Assembly: GCA_965228585.1 (NCBI GenBank)
Contig: CBDDHX010000005.1
Span: 334,965-398,964 of the forward strand
DNA length: 64,000 bases
Direction: 5' to 3'
From: Caldilineaceae bacterium
GTDB taxonomy: Bacteria > Chloroflexota > Anaerolineae > Caldilineales > Caldilineaceae
Part shown: positions 63,628 to 64,000 of the stretch, one piece after another
How the letters are laid out: each line of letters starts with the position of its first letter
How positions within the stretch are numbered: position 1 is the first letter of the stretch
Notes under the pieces: generated by a model
Databases searched by the model: none
The model's input: only the letters and a program-made list of their open reading frames with translations
What the model was told of the DNA's origin: nothing
Position numbers and translations under genes: made by a program

Positions 63628-64000
63628 TCAAGCGCATGTTGGCTTGGCGCCTTCGCCAACAGGAGCATCGCTCACCAGCAGGCCATCTTCCAACCATAAA
63701 TGTTGCCAGGCATTCGCTTCCCACAACGTCTGTTGCACCGTTTTTTCGGCGGCCAAGAGATGGCGGTAATGGGATGTGGGATCTGCCAGCAGCCGCGCGG
63801 GTCTTCCATCCTCGACAATGTGGCCTTCTGCTACGACCAGCACACGGTCAAAGTCCTGCGTATCGCTAACGTCGTGGGTGATGCAGAGCAGCGTGGCCGT
63901 TTGCCAATGTGTGCGGGTGTTGGCTAGCAGTTGCTGACGCGTGGTGCGATCAAGCCCGCGGAATGGTTCATCGAGAATAGCCAAACGCACGTTGGCACGC
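63628..64000 (-). CDS. ABC transporter ATP-binding C-terminal portion (5' part beyond the window end)
   Basis: Walker B/D-loop LAILDEPFRGLD and H-loop CITHD. The reading frame is open to position 64000, and the product has a long C-terminal tail. Confidence 0.75.
   Translation of the reverse strand, partial: RANVRLAILDEPFRGLDRTTRQQLLANTRTHWQTATLLCITHDVSDTQDFDRVLVVAEGHIVEDGRPARLLADPTSHYRHLLAAEKTVQQTLWEANAWQHLWLEDGLLVSDAPVGEGAKPTCA

Overview
This is a 64 kb bacterial chromosomal window, moderately GC-rich. Lipoboxes, pentapeptide-repeat proteins and dense small repeats suggest a filamentous Chloroflexota-like organism, but I cannot verify the taxon. I support about 45 protein genes, one tRNA-Lys(UUU) and no rRNA or CRISPR. 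From about 24 kb to the end, nearly every gene is on the minus strand.

Main content:
- Three family-5 ABC substrate-binding proteins, with permease and ATPase genes.
- A sensor kinase, a Crp-family regulator and a large TPR/wHTH regulator.
- A plus-strand block of sulfatase, methyltransferase, SDR and Ntn-hydrolase genes ending at the tRNA.
- A RAYT (IS200-like) transposase flanked by GTAG-type REPs.
- Pentapeptide-repeat, SPFH and TVP38 membrane proteins.
- A co-directional run of 12 genes (42687..60010) that looks like an orphan biosynthetic cluster. It holds two acyl-AMP ligases, two carrier domains, a HemN-like radical SAM enzyme, a thioester reductase, two sulfotransferase types (a third lies at 35374..37335), histidine ammonia-lyase, an unusual P-type ATPase and two methyltransferase/VOC-like genes. 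ABC exporter genes sit next to it.

Most notable observations:
1. A DsbA/FrnE-family gene has an in-frame TGA exactly at the first Cys of its CxxC motif, so it is either a candidate selenoprotein or a pseudogene.
2. A 4.15-copy array of a 187-189 bp unit, each carrying competing hairpins, fills a divergent promoter region.
3. At least four families of dispersed palindromic elements occur, and one copy is inserted in frame inside a methyltransferase gene.
4. The same 2 x 11 bp direct-repeat motif lies upstream of both the cluster and a small-ORF/ABC-exporter operon.

All functional calls come from motif recognition by eye. No database search was run.
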